From Trichosphaerium sp. ATCC 40318 (lineage: Eukaryota; Protista; Tubulinea), in the NCBI GenBank assembly GCA_038496445.1, contig JALMLS010000165.1, positions 62,001 through 126,000 of the forward strand: a stretch of DNA of 64,000 bases. Direction: 5' to 3'. Shown here piece after piece: positions 1 through 14,176 of the stretch; position 1 is the stretch's first letter; each line of letters starts with the position of its first letter. Below the pieces are notes generated by a model. The model saw only the letters and a program-made list of their open reading frames with translations, was not told the origin of the DNA and searched no databases. Made by a program: the position numbers and the translations under genes.

Positions 1-23
1 TCATTAAACTTATACGAGTAACA

Positions 24-1566
24 TCATTTCTTGCCAAGCATCTTAGAGAAAAATTTGGATATCTTGGATTTACTTTTTGTAGTACTATTTTAGGGTTAGG
101 AATGTAACACGTGTGAAACCGAAATAATTTAAAAATAGCAAAAACAACCAAAATATTGTAAATAGACAATACCTTACAGGTGGCAACTTTAACACCATTT
201 GTTGATAGTGTTCAACGATAAGTTCAAAAAGCTGTTCAATATTTTGGCCTGTTTTACAACTCACAGAAATAAAACGTGCTCCCCATGACTTTGCACGTTC
301 TACACCTTCAGATTCGTGTACTTGTGTTTCATAATCTAGATCACACTTATTCGCAACCTACAAAACAAAAGTGACCAAACAGTCCAGAACCATCACGAAA
401 ATCGCAGCAAAAGAGCAGTACTAATATCATTGGGAATACTTCGATATCCTTAACACGCATGATCTGGTCTCTAAACGGTACAAGTTCATCAAAGCTTGAT
501 CTACTGCTACTAGAGTAAACAAGAACAAATATCTCTTCCCTGTGCATATATTGATCACGCATTGCACTGTACCTGATAAAAAGTAAATTCACAAAGACAA
601 AACAAAATGGTCTGATATGTATACGCACTCTTCTTGGCCAGCGGTATCTAGTACACTAAATTTAGCATAAAAATTTCCCTTTTTGATGGACATTATCGTT
701 TCGTCTTCTAAATTCAGTGTGAGTGTATATCATGAAGTACAATGCAACAAGTCATGTTACTGAAGATTCACTTACCTATTGTTGGATCGTATTCATCCAG
801 GAACCGACCAGTTATGTATCTTGTAATTATAGCAGTCTATTATCAAGAGTTTGTTGAGTTAACGCAAAAACACGTGTTTTATCACGTGACAGAAAAAAAA
901 ACCTTGACATACACATCCTACGCCTCCACCTCCACAGAAACAACACTTTATCTTAAAAATCATGTTGTATTAGGCAGTGTTCAAGTTAACTTTAAAGGTG
1001 TTTAAACACGTACTTCAAAGTCAGACGCTGTGATTTTTCTTACGGATGTCTTTGACATTTCCAACTTTGGTAAATGTTTTGATACTTCGTTATCGTACGA
1101 ACTGGGAAGACGTTAACGTTTTATAGTAGCAAAACGTTTAAAAGAGATCACCTGGAAACTGAGAGCATGACCACCTACAAGAAAGCTGTTAACTTCTAGA
1201 GTAGTTTTGAAAAAAATAAAATTCGTAGCTCCTAGAGGGCTTTGTTTTGATAGGTTGCAATGGATCCAGTTAGATTAGTACCTTATGTGTCCAGTCGTAG
1301 ATAAAAGCGCTCTTGATGTTATCACCTGTTGAAGTTTGTCTGTAAAATGTATTTTCAACGCTTGGAAATGTACCTTTAGGTTCTGATCCGAAGTGTTGGG
1401 CGTAAAAACGTTGCCACAAAAAGTTATCAGATGTAAATGATCTAAAAGACTTAGAAGTAGCGCCAAGAGCTACTAAATGTTCCACATCGAGGTTATAGAT
1501 GATTAACACAAGTATTTCACGCGGAAACGATTCAAAAGGTAATAAATCTGTTTCCTTCTTCTCCAT
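24..1566 (-). CDS. F-box domain fused to Ras-family GTPase (multi-exon)
   Basis: F-box (FESFPREILVLIIYNLDVEHLVALGATSKSF..LW) in exon 1566-1282. Phase-consistent exons 1174-1152, 1101-1014 and 951-913 join it to a Ras domain: IKCCFCGGGGVGC|TAIITRY..YDPTI, LDTAGQEE, VANKCD, SCKTG. 3' end uncertain (stop near 72 or 24). Confidence 0.75.
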
Positions 1567-2210
1567 TGTATTGATACACCTAATAATACCTAATAGTACA
1601 CGTGCCGGTTAATAACAAATCAATGTTAAGCTCCAATTAAAACGACATTTCAGCGAAATAGATCTAGCGCATTTTGAGTTTTTTGCCCTTGGCTCACAAC
1701 GCCCTGAAAGGGATACAAATAGTCACTCAAGTATTATCTACGCGCGTAAAGGCCAACAAATCTGAAACGTTTTTTTTTGGCTGTACACGTGTTTTGCTCC
1801 GTTACAGACGTTTGGGTAAACTTCAGTTGACTGCGTATAAATCAACAATAATCGACAAAGCTTTCACAACATGGCGAGCAGCAATCACCCACATCCCACC
1901 CAAAAATTTCCCTTTCAATTTGTTTTTAACAACTGTAAAACCTTTCTTTTATTTTCCAAGTGTTCTTGTATAATATAACAAATGCTTGGCGCTGCGCTAG
2001 AGCCACAAGACATTTTGTCTTCCTCCCAACATTGTCTTAGTTAGTGTTCCTTGGTTAGTTTATAGAAGAAAGTCAACGAGAGTGTTAGAACTCTAACTTG
2101 AAAACTCTTCCTCTTCATCATCACCTCCCTTCTCAGCAATTAAGTCATCATCTGAGTGAATACCGAAATGACTACGTCTACTATTTGTTCTTTGCCATAC
2201 ATAGTCTATT

Positions 2211-2410
2211 TTAGCCGAATCTCTTCTTGATCTTGGTAATAACACTCCTTTTTTTTATCTGATTCCAATCCGTACTTTTCAGATATTTCTTTGACACTCA
2301 AAGCCGTTGATAGATCCTGCTAACATATTCATTGTGTAATCAAACAATAAGATGTTTACCTTCTTATTGGCAATGACAAGAATAGGGTATCCTCTAAATT
2401 GTCACTTCTT
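2211..2410 (-). pseudogene. Arf-like GTPase fragment
   Basis: Spliced fragment GYPILVIANKK|DLSTALSVKEISEKYGL resembles the Arf G4 region (ANKQDL); no N-terminal half found. Confidence 0.4.
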
Positions 2411-2621
2411 ATAAGCCAATCCTTTACGAAGCAGTCGTTGTAGCACTTTTGTAGGTATTGATTCATTGTAGTTCATGCGAAAGGCACTGTACGTTTGCCC
2501 ACAAGGCGTAAAGAGCTGAACGCTGAACTTTTAACGGTCGTTAGGTTTTGGCAGCCAAAATTCTCCATCGAGAACTAGAACTATCTCAAACGACTATCGT
2601 GTATGAACCTACAGAATTGCT

Positions 2622-5338
2622 ATGAATAAGCTACAGTACGTAAGCAGTATTATAGGTGTACTAGTTTGATTTTATTGGCGCTTCTAAACAGAAAAGGCGT
2701 AAATGTAGCTTATTAGCTTCTAAAAAGATTTTCTATCACCTCAGATGTAGCTTTTGTCATTATTAAGCTGAATATAGAAAATTAACATTCAAGGGCGATT
2801 TGGGCGCCATTTTGGCTCTGTTCAAAGATAAAAAAGCCAAGGAGGGCATAAACGCGCAAATGGCTGATGGTGCCACGGCATTATTTATCGCGGCTTTCAA
2901 AGTACGTTATAACGACCAAAAAAACATAAACCTCTGTTCAGAGCGTCTAAAACGCTCATTTTGTAAATCATTTTACGTACTGTCATAATTCTTGTTTACA
3001 ACTATGAACCATCTATAAGACGCTATATTGTACCAATCTATGCGCTTAAGAAGTATTTGATTCTGTTTTGAACAAACAAACCATTACTAAATCAAAACAA
3101 CAGGGATACGCTCAAATTCTATCAGTTCTACTAGAGAATGGAGCGGATGCCACTATCCGTCATAAAGATGGTAATACCCCTCTATTTATTGCTTGCAAAC
3201 AAGGCAACGGCGTACGTTATTTAAAGCTCAGTAAACTAGAAACTAATTCAGGCGGCTTTAAAGAACGAAAGCAGTTAACCAAAAAGGCTGAAATCTTCTT
3301 TTTTTTTTTTACTTCAAGTTTCTTGAACTGACGATCTTATTCTTTTCTTAGGGTTGTGTAGAAATCTTGCTAGCTCATAGTAAAGATACTCTAGATGTTG
3401 CCAATAATAATGGTGAAACACCTGTGTTTGTGGCTATCCTAGAAGACCATCAAAACATTGCTCTTCGCCTTACAGAGTACGCTTTTTTTTTTCTTTTTTC
3501 CGCCGGCAGAAGAAACCACTCGATGACCATTTATTTAGGCTCGGCGCTGATATTAATACCGGAGAGTCTAACTACGGTGCATCTCCATTATTTATGGCAT
3601 GTCAGAAGGGCAATGAAGTGCTTGCTAGATCTCTTATTGAAAAAAAAGCGGATTTAAATGTTTGGTCAAAATATGGAGCATCACCACTGTATGTTTGTTT
3701 CAGAATCTTATCAGTAGATTTTTTAACAAAGAATTTAGATATGTTGCTTGTTTTGATGGGTTTGAGAAAGTTGCTAAACTGTTGATCGAAGTACGAAACA
3801 AAACTTAATATTGACCTTTTTTGGCTTTTTTTTTTCACAGAAAAACTCGATTTGTATCAATGACTGGTTTACAAAAATTCTTTTGTTAATACACTCTTAG
3901 AATGGTGTTGATCCTGATGCTTCTTACCAAGATAATGAATACGGATACAGGTAAATAGAGTCATGGTTTTTAATCCTTCCCTCAATTTTTTGGGAAATTT
4001 TTATTTCTTTTTGACTCCCTCACCACTTCTATAAAAATAGGGCTTTATATGCTGCTGCTCAAAATGGACACCCAAAAGTTGTTGAACTCCTACTAAATAC
4101 AAAACGCGTAAATGTAAGTATACAGCTAATGACATTTTTACAAATTGTTTCGTTTTCGCATTGTTTTTGACTTGTTTGCTATTAGGTTAATGCAGTAGAT
4201 TCTGATCGTAATTCTGCACTTTTTGCAGCTGTTAGAAATGGTCATGAACATGTAGTAAAGGTACTACTAACTGCGAAACCACCCGCAGATGTGAACTTGG
4301 AAGACTTTAATGGATTAACTCCAATATTTATTGCTGCTCAAGTACGTCTCTTTAGTTCACGTGCTTTTTTGCCGTTCCTAATTTAAAAATTTTAGGAAGG
4401 TCATGCGAATTTAGCAAAACTATTAATTGATGCAGGCGCTAATGTTCATAAACCAGATAAGAATGGTAAGCGCGTTGACTATTTTCCGTTGCAGTCAAGA
4501 TAGCCAAAAATATTTTTTCTACCATTTTTTTCACCAGTTGGTTTTTCGCTCTAAAGCACTTTGTTTGTACTGTAGTATCCTACAAAGTACTTTCAACGAA
4601 AAAAACCAACTGGTAAAGTAACCAAAGGGAAAAATTTTTTTGCTAGGGTGACTGTGATGGTATTTTTTTGTTCTTTTTGTCTCAGAGCTGAAAAAAAAAG
4701 ATTCTCATTATTATTTTTTTTAAAGGTGCTACGCCATTGTATATTGCTTGTGAAGAAGGGAAAATAGATGTTGTTAGACAACTTATTCCACTTGGAGTTG
4801 ATGTTAACGTTAAAAGGTATTCCTATTTTTTTCTTATAAATATGACTGATTTTGTATTGACTTGTTTTTTTTCAATAGGAACGATAATGTTTCACCTCTA
4901 TTTGTTGCGTGTTATTATGGTTTCAAAGATTGCATCCAAGAACTTTTTGATGCTGGATGTAGCCTTGATTGTCCATGGGATGGAAGAACTTGTGTAGAAG
5001 TCGCCACAGATGAGGTACGATCAATTCAAGAGATGTTGATTAAGACCTCAAAAAAAGTTGAACATCTTTGTGCTAAGATTTTTTAGGGACATACTGAGGT
5101 CGTTGAGATGCTGAAGAAGAGGCAAGCTGAGGTTGAAAATGGAAAATCAGGAAGTCTTTCAAGTGAAGAAATAATTGAAAATGGCGATCCAGCAAGTGCT
5201 GATGATACAGCTAGTAGTGACGATGAAGAAGAAGAAGTAGAAAAAGAAGAAAAAGAAAAATCAACTAAAAAAGAAGAAGAAGAAAAACCTAAAGAAGATG
5301 AAGATAAACCACCAGTAGAAGGTGAAGCATCTGATTAA
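2622..5338 (+). CDS. Ankyrin-repeat protein with acidic C-terminal tail
   Basis: Many ANK motifs across exons (DGATALFIAA, DGNTPLFIAC, NGETPVFVA, GASPLY, NGLTPIFIAA, GATPLYIAC, NVSPLFVAC); E/K-rich tail ends at TAA 5338; start tentative. Confidence 0.85.
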
Positions 5339-5645
5339 AAAAAATAAAACACTTGTGAATAATACCTACCCCTAAAAGTACAGTGTACCTTATAATACCA
5401 CTACCTGTACAATTAATACAAAAGCAACACCTTGACAACCACAAAGAGCATCGAAAGCAAGTTCAACAAACAAACAAGAACACCCTCCAAAAAAAAAACA
5501 TTTCGGCAATTCCTCACATGAACAAGGATGGAACAATAATGCCTAGTCGCACATCACGTGTAGAGAAGTTTGTGTCTACACGTTAAGCCAGTACGCTTTT
5601 GGCCCATGTTAAGTCTTGAATGCTGTTTTGTGTGACAAAAACAAG

Positions 5646-6356
5646 ATGGACCAGCGTGATTTCTTGAATGCCGTTCAACTAGGAAAGCTAGAGGTCGTAC
5701 AGCAGGTTTGTATGATTAAACGTTTAGAATTGCCGTTTAACCACCCAAACAGGCGCTTCTACAAAATATACAGCTGCTATCTTCTACTTATAGTGGTAAA
5801 CGTCACGTACAAAAAAAACCCGCTAATATTTTCAAAGGAAACTCAGCCATACACCTAGCAGCGAGTATGGGTAACACAGAGATGTGTAATTTGCTTCTTC
5901 AAGCTGGAATAAACGTTGACACGCTGAACTCGGGGTAACGACTCTTAAACTGTACCAAAGTATGTTAATACGTCTAATAATTGCGTAAATAGTAAATCAA
6001 CAGCGCTACACCTCGCTGCTGGCTATGGTACGGAACTTTACGTGAGAATGCACTAACAACAAAAAAGGATTCACAACTGTCGCTCAAGTATTGATCGCAG
6101 CTGGTGCAAATGTAAACAGTAAAGAAGAATGTAACGCAACACCACTACATTTTGCAGCATTAAGTGGCCATCCAGAGGTACATTAAGGCATAGCAAAATC
6201 AAGCTTTTTTTTTTTTGGATTAACATTTTATAGATAGCACAACTACTACGCAATTCTGGAGCAGATATAACAGCCAGAGAAGGAATGGATGGTCAAACAC
6301 CATTACAAGTAGCGATAACTAATAACAAACAGCAAGTAGCTGCTGTACTGCAATAA
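5646..6356 (+). CDS. Small ankyrin-repeat protein
   Basis: MDQRDFLNAVQLGKLEVV; NSAIHLAASMGN; STALHLAAGYG; ATPLHFAALSGH; GQTPLQVA. Confidence 0.8.
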
Positions 6357-6429
6357 GCGTCACGTCCATAAAGCAATCACAAGCACATCTTTTGTAATAA
6401 AGATTTATTCTTTTTTTTTTTTGAACACT

Positions 6430-8226
6430 GAGTTGCTTTAAGTGTTGTTGTTAATCCAAGCAATAGCTTCTGTTATGCCTACGGCATTTGTAGCAATAAG
6501 AGCTTCATTTGCTACTTTTTCAAAGTAACCCATAGAAATCAACTAAAAAAGACAACAATTAGCGAGAAACATAAAAAATGCTTTTGTCTTTGAAAATAAT
6601 TCAAAAAAATAGTCTTACTTGTGATAAAATTTCTTGGGCCTTAGTTATTATCTCTTGTTGTGCTGTAGCGACTTCCAAGTTTGCTTTCTTTGTTACTTGT
6701 TGTAATTTACGTGAAAAGTCATCAACAAGTGCTACCCACTGTTGTCGCTCTGAAGCAAGCTCTGTACGTGCGTTAGGATCCCTACTCCGTAACCAAGCAT
6801 TCATTGCATCGATTCCCTGTTCACAAAGCAAGTAAGCATAATATAATTAAAACAACACTTAACTCACCTCGATACACTGTGTTCCAATAGTTACAACCTC
6901 TTTAAGAGGTGCAGTATGTTTGGTTTCTTTATGTTTATCAAGAGCCTACGAAACACATCAGCAAAGGCCCAACAGAACGAAAGAAAAATAGTAAAATCCA
7001 ACAAAATAAAAATAATAAATAAAAAACACTTACCTCTTCTGCTTGCGTGAAATTGACGAGTTCCTTCTTAAGGATAGGCACAAATTTTTCTTCAGATTCT
7101 AGAAGCTCTAGCTCTAGAGATGGTGGATTACCACCAGGGTTAGAGAACCAAGACATATAGTTATCCTATAGTAAAGTATAAGCATAATCTCATCAAAAAG
7201 GACTAATCATTCGTTTCCAGACGTACATCTCCAATAACTGGTGGTACATAGTACTCAGAAAGACATACAACAGCCTATTTAACCAGTCAACAGATGAGAA
7301 TAATAAAAATAACAAGAGGGTGGTGACGTACGCGCATAAATTCAACATTTTCTTTAAATGTTTTTTCGAATGATGTACGTGTTTCAAACCACTCTTTTAT
7401 TTCATTTCTACGAGGTACCATTTGCAAGTCGAAGTTGGTATCTACGCGAAAAAAAAAAATTATTTAAAACGCGTAGACGTTGCGCCAAAATACGCATAAC
7501 GTTGTTTTTTTGAGAGAAAAACGTACTATCTCGTGGTAATGCCTTATTTACTCTTTCTATACTCTTTGCAGGAGGTCCAGGGCATAGTGTCATTGCCTTT
7601 ATGACCCTTTCTGTCTGTGGTTGTACAAATTGGACCCATTCCTTCATCAGGTCGACTTCATTTTCCTTAAATTGGATTTGGAACTCGTCTTTTGTTGTAG
7701 AGTTAGTAAAATGAACGTAAACGATAAAGTATATAGGTTAAAGCGTACCAACGTCGCCTGTTGTGTAGTGAAGTGAGATTGTAGGCTTTTTAAGCTTTGC
7801 ATCATCGCCGCGAGCGTCTTTTATTGATGTAGGGTCAACAATAGCTAAACTGATAAAGAACATAGGTTGATCGTTTGGTTTTGGGGTATCCTGTTTTAAT
7901 AGCGTTAATCGTACGCAATGAATGACGTAGTGCTTTAGGTGTACCTTTTTAGGCTCTTTGAATCCTAATATGTAATTGTAGTAAAGGATGCAATACGCTT
8001 TTCTCCAACCAGCGAATTTCTTCCCTTTGCGGTGCCTAACTTTGCAAAGATGCTCAAGTTTATCTGGAAAGCAATCCTTCGCAATACGTGTGTACGGGAA
8101 GTACTCCTAACATGCAGTTTAGACATTTTAAATAACTATAAAACAACTACACGTACTCTGTTGCAAGTTCCAGCGTTTTTAACGTGTTTTGTAAATTCAA
8201 CCTCTCCAAACGGATTCTTCTTCATT
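6430..8226 (-). CDS. PH-domain-like protein with C-terminal coiled coil
   Basis: Starts MKKNPFGEVEF; WRKAYCILYNYILGFK and terminal helix LMKEWVQFV typical of PH domains; helical C-terminus. Confidence 0.55.
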
Positions 8227-8340
8227 GTTTTTGCTGTTTTGATGCTTTACAGCTATTTTATCTTTGTCTTTAAATACCTCAACCGTAAAAAATGGTCAAC
8301 AATCAGTCAAATCAGAGCAAAACAGCATATACTCCCAACA

Positions 8341-11300
8341 ATGAGCGATCCTGACGCTGAGATAGACAAGCTCTTTTCTAATGTATTTAGAAAAGAAGGT
8401 GCGTTATATTACATCATTTTACTATTTTCGTAATTAACAAGCTAATGTGTACCGTCCTACCATAGCCGCTGCCGGTTCTGTAACTAAACCCAAAAAATGG
8501 GAAATGCTGTTAGGCCACAGCGACGAGCGTGTTTCAGGCAACGCCATATACTTCTCACAAGCACTATTAACAGCAAAGAAAGGTAAATTATGACATGTTC
8601 TTTAACGTTAAACGAAAAATTTAACTGACGGTTTTTAAAAGACGTTTCAATGTTTGTAAACCTCCTTGGCTGTTCTAATACGGACGTGGCATTCAATACT
8701 CTAAAGCTTCTAACAAACCATCTCCGTCCTGATCATCCAGCCCTTAAACTCGTTCTACCAAAGGTAGACCTTATACTAGGCTTTGCAAGGAACCTATTAG
8801 AACGTGAGCAAGACTTATCTATAGCCTTACAAGCGCTAGTTAACCTGACACAAGACAGTACGTTTTTTTGCAGTAATAGATTTCCGACTTTCTACAAACA
8901 ACAAGAGCCGTTTTTTTTTGTTGAAAGAAACAAAAAGGAATTTTCCTTACATCTCTACTAGAGGAAGCTGCACGTAAGGTTATGATGTCTTCAGAGGTTA
9001 AACTACTCAGCGAGTGTCTTATTAAGTTCAGCGCAAATGCCAGTTCTCAGATTCCGACTTACTGTGGAATGCTGTTAAAGAATGCTGTTGCGAGATGCAA
9101 AGGTAAGTTTTTCTACAGCCGTTTTTTTTTGTTGAATTCAAAAAAGAATTCAAAATCAATCATCCTTGTTATCACGTGGTCTGAGTTTTTTGTTATTTAG
9201 ATGACCCAGATGTTCTTACTGTTGAGTTACTTGATACTCTTGCGACTGGTGTAGAGCTCATAAAGGATGAAGCTGGTGTTGATAATTTGGTAACAGCTAT
9301 TGCTCATACAACTACAAACCCTGACTTGCGAGTAACATTGAGACAAACGAAAGTCATGGTTACATTTTTAAAACTTGGATTATCACGTGAAAAGTTACCT
9401 ACGAACTTAATGCTTACTGTCGCAAACATGTTACAAGATGGTACTTCAAAAAACCTCCGCGAAATTCCGATTTAACACCTTTTTAATAGAGGAGTTGGCA
9501 GTTTCTTTTGCTAAAAATGATGGGTTTAGTCTTCTCTCTAAGACTCTTAGAAAGTCTATAGATACTAAACATGCCTTATCGATGTTCACCAACTTTATAT
9601 CAAAAGGTATAAAGCCCGCAACCGTGAAATGGAGTTTGTTTCTTTTATTTTTTTCTAACGTATATTTGTAGTCAAGGCAATCTCGAAGATTGAAGAACAA
9701 GTACTAAACTCAGATGTCTTTGTGAGTATTTCGAAATACTTGAGATCAAAGGATCCAAATATAGTACATAGATCTGTTTGGGGAAGTGTCAACGCTCTAA
9801 CAAATGGTACAATCAAAACAATCAATGCAATGGCAATTTGCACGTGTTAATTGGTGTTAGACTTTTTGCAAGTTAAATATACAGATGATGGTGGTATGAC
9901 AGCTCTATTTGATGTCATATCTTCAGATCAAGTTGAAGATGATACACGTATAAAAGCATTATCAGCAGTACAATTATTAGCTGGTTTCCATGGTATGTTT
10001 TTTTTTTGGTTGGTTTTTTTGTTTGATTTTTTTTTTCTCAACATTTTGGAACTCACAAGTGATAAGAGCTGTGGCGTATTGGGTTTGGGTGTATTTTATT
10101 AACTAATGTTAATTTGATTCAATAGATAAATTACGTATGCGTATAGTTAAGGAGAAAGGACTTGAGAAGATTATGCCTTTCCTTAAGCAAGGCAATGATG
10201 ACTTAGAAGTTACAGCTTTACGTGTTCTAGTGAACCTTTCATTATCAGGTATTATTGAATATTCTGGCATTAGTTTGTTCTAGCGATGTATTCGCACGTG
10301 ATTTATTTATTGACATTACTTAAGATGAGTGTCATGATGAATTTTGCGATGTTGGTGCTATTGATGCCTTGCTTACAGCGTCTTCTAAGGATGGCACTGA
10401 AATGCAGACCGTACATAGTGACATGTTTATAATTCTGTCTATTTAATGCATAATATTAGCTTGCTTTGGCCTCACTACAGATGCTTACTTATACTGGTGC
10501 GAAGGAAAAATGTTGAGTCTTGAAGTTTACAAGTTTTTTTTAGAGGTTGTTCGTGATTACGTGGAAAAGAAAGAACTAGTTCCTGATATTGTAGCTTTGG
10601 TGAAAAAAACTAAAAATCCACAGGCAAAGTCTGGATTTTGTCGATTATTAGCTAAATTAGCTTTCAACGGTATGCATCAATCAAAATTGTTGATGATGAG
10701 TTTTTTTTTCACATAACATATGTTGAAACTAATATTTTTTATTCTAAAGGCAAAATAAGAAAGTACTTTGCTCAAAGTGGTGAGCTCAAGGCTCTTGAAA
10801 AATTAAAGGATGACAATGAAAACAATGCTGAACTGCACAAGGATGTACTTCTTGCTTTTAAGAATCTCTCAGTAGCATGTATGTTGTATAGTTCTGAATT
10901 TTCTTTTTTTCTCGTTTTTTCAGTTTTTTTCTCTTGTTGGTCATTTCTTTAATGCTATGCGTTTAGATTATGTTGATACCGATATCAATCAAGAATTAGA
11001 TCCCGAGATTGAACGTGTAAAAGATTACATACGAATGAATAACTTGCTAAGCGAGCAAAGTGTTTTATCGGAGATAGACTCAGCAAGGAAAAAAGATACT
11101 GAAGATAAAATAGAAGATGATGAGCAGGAACCTGAACCCAAGAAGCCTGAAAAGCCTTCAGAGGATGAAAATAAAGGCAAAGAACCTGAAAAACCAACAA
11201 AGACAACACCTACAGCAAGTGAAACTAAAGAATCTTCAGACAAAGGCGAAAAAGATGAAGAAGAACCAAAGCCGAAAAAACCAAGAAAATCTAGGGATAA

Positions 11301-13526
11301 GAAACCCCCACGTGATAAAAAGAGAAAGACTAAAACGGGAGAACGCAAGAAAAAGTCAGAAACAAAGACAGAAGACGCTGTTTCCTCTAGTAAACCAAAA
11401 AAGACACGATCAAAGGGTTCAAAGAGTAAGACGTCATCAACAAAGGAAGAACAAGAAGATGGTGCTGGTGATGTTAAAAAATCAGTAAAGAAGAGTAGAA
11501 AGGGTACAAAAGCCAAAAAGAGTGGATCTACTAGTACGTTTTTTTTTGGATAGACTTGTTGTGACGAGTCAAAGAGTTTATTTTTGTTCCAAGAAAAAAG
11601 AAAACCAAAGAAAGAAAAAACTGAGAAACCAAAGACCGAAAAAGAGGATCTAGGTGCTGGAGAAAAACCTAAAGAACCCGAGGAACCTGAATTTGATGCT
11701 AAACAAGTTGAAAGAGGTATAGTAATTTAGAATCATTTGAAATGATCTTTTTTTTCTTATTTTTTTTTCAAGTCAAGAAAGAAATGAAGAGGAAGTTAAT
11801 CGCTGATGAAATACTCACAACTGAAGAGTCTTATGTTAAAGGTATTGGTAGACTTGTTAAGGTATGTTAATACGTTGGTTTTATTTCAATATGACTTACA
11901 CGTGTTTTCAGAAATTCAAGAATCCTCTTCAAGCAGCTTGTTCTCAACATAATCCTTTTATAACACAAGCTGATGTCAGGCGTATTTTCTCTGATATTGA
12001 GACGATTTATTCGGTTAATATGGTACTGAGGTTTCTTATGAGTATACTAAGTACTTATGATTATGATAGATGCTTTTGAGTCAGTTGAAGGACAAATTAC
12101 GTGCTTGGTCACCGTATGTTTTTTTTCTTCGTTTTTTCTTTTTTGGGTTCAGTGGTGCTCACCTTGAATTCTTTTTAGGAAACAAACACTCTCTGATGTT
12201 TTCTTATACATGGTACGCATCAATTAAAATGATATTTATTAACTGTTTGTTTTAGGCGGAGTTTCTTAAAACATACAGGTTTGGAATACTTTTTTTTACT
12301 CTCACAAATGGTTGTTTCTTGCTAACTTTTATCTGCCTTACAGTACTTACATTAACAACTACGAGCAATCACAATATGCTCTTGCGTCTTGTAAGAAAAA
12401 CAAGAGGTTCATGTCTTTCTTAGAGGTACTATAAGGAAGCAAAACATCAAGCAATCTTTTTGGTTCTAACATTTTGTTAAAAAATAGGATGCTCAAGCTG
12501 ATCCCACATTAAATCACATGGATATTTACTCCTTCCTTATTTTGCCTATTCAACGTGTTCCGTACGTTCCTTTTCCCCCAATGGTATTTTTTTTGTTACA
12601 ACGCTTATATTCCTTATAGCCGTTATGAGATGTTATTGGGTGTATGTCAAAGGCTTGAATATATTTTTTATTTTCTATTTTTTTTCCATTTTTTGTCGAT
12701 TTTACATCATCTATGGAGGAGAGCCACCTTAAAATTTGGTGTTGTTTGTTGGTTTGTAAACAAGTTGTACTTTTAGTTGTTTTTGTTGAAATATTAAAGT
12801 GTGGTGTATCTGGATCTTCATAGAAAATTGGTTTTCTGACTTTTTTTTTCCTAGGCTCTTTTGAAAGCGACAATGGATGATCACCCTGATTACACACCAC
12901 TTGCAAAAGCAAAAGATAAGATATTAGGAGTCAATGTTTTTTTGAACGATCAAGCACGTGACTTTTTGAATTAAATCTACTATTTTCTTTAGCTATTAAT
13001 ACGTTTTGTTAGAAACGTGGTGCTGAAGAGAGAAAAGAGATGTTTAGTCATTTACAACATTATGTTGGCGACTTAGAAGTACTCATGGCTCCTCATAGAA
13101 AGCTGCATGTTGTAGAAAATGTAACTATTAATGCACAGAGGAAAAAGGCAGAAGGACGTGGTATGATCTTCGTTTCTTTATTTTTTTTGTTTTTTTTTTT
13201 GGTACCATCAAAGAGCTAAGTTTTTCGGTGTTAGTGTGGGTATTCAATGACATTGCAATGTTTACAAAGACAAAGCAAGGAAGGAAGAAGGTAGTGCATG
13301 ATAAATTCTGGATGTCAAATAAGCATCAAGATATTAAACACCTTGCAAAGACAAAGGACAACGAAATATTGGTACTTAATTACATTGATAAGTCATTGTT
13401 TTTGTTTTTACTGACTCCTAAATTTAGATCACCTATGATAAAGAGTCTAAGCTTGTATTCAAAGAACCAGAAGTAAGAGAGAAGATATATAAACAATTAT
13501 TCTCTGTTCTACCAAAGCCATCTTAA
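8341..13526 (+). CDS. Armadillo-repeat / DH-PH RhoGEF
   Basis: ARM-like repeats (ALQALVNLT, ALRVLVNLSL), K/E-rich linker (10957-11553), DH motifs RKLIADEILTTEESYV, IFSDIETIY, SFLILPIQRVPRY, DHPDY, followed by PH-like WVFNDIAMFTK. Confidence 0.88.
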
Positions 13527-14176
13527 CGAGAACATAACAAACAATGTTAATAACTGTAGCTAGAAAAAAACTAAACAATTTCAAAACTTGACGGGATACT
13601 TGCTCCACAATGTGTATGCAAAGTTGTACTTGTGTAAAGTTATTGGTGAGACATCTCGGAATAAACTAAAGGCTTCAAAAAAAACCTCTTACGCATCTTT
13701 AATCTATTGTTCTCTGGTCTTTGCAAGAATGGGATCAACAAGGAAAAAAGTCTGTGATACAAGTATTTAGCTTGATACTGTCTAATATAAAAATAACTAT
13801 TGGAGAAACGTTTAGAAAAACCACGAGCTGAGAGTTCAGTTTGTTTTACTAATCGTAGACCCTATTTCATTCAGTATACCATGCGTGTCTCTGGTAACAA
13901 AGGTATTAATCTCATTACAGGTTTTATGTACATTTATACTAAATTGAGCTCGGCTTTCTAGTGAAACGAACAAACAAGGAGCTTCAATACAGGAGTTTGT
14001 CGTACTACATGAGATTTGTTGAAATTTATGGCTAACCAACCTCACACTAATGTTATATGTATGATACTAAAACCTTGATACTGTAAAACAACTTCAAATA
14101 AAATGTATAAAAACCATGAAAAAGGAGCTACAATACTTGTAACTTTATTTATTGGATTTTGTTTAGAAATCTCACT

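Noticed and set aside
89-100. ttagggttagg telomere-like sequence
   Set aside because: Under two units; on the minus strand it is a CTAAC branch-site region of an intron
1662-2000. Possible MITE bounded by TCTAGCGCA/TGCGCTAGA
   Set aside because: Only a 9-bp match with no target-site duplication or second copy
11025-11516. 163-aa minus-strand ORF (also 43422-43637, 17740-18018, 59239-59505)
   Set aside because: Antisense shadows of low-complexity or repetitive coding exons
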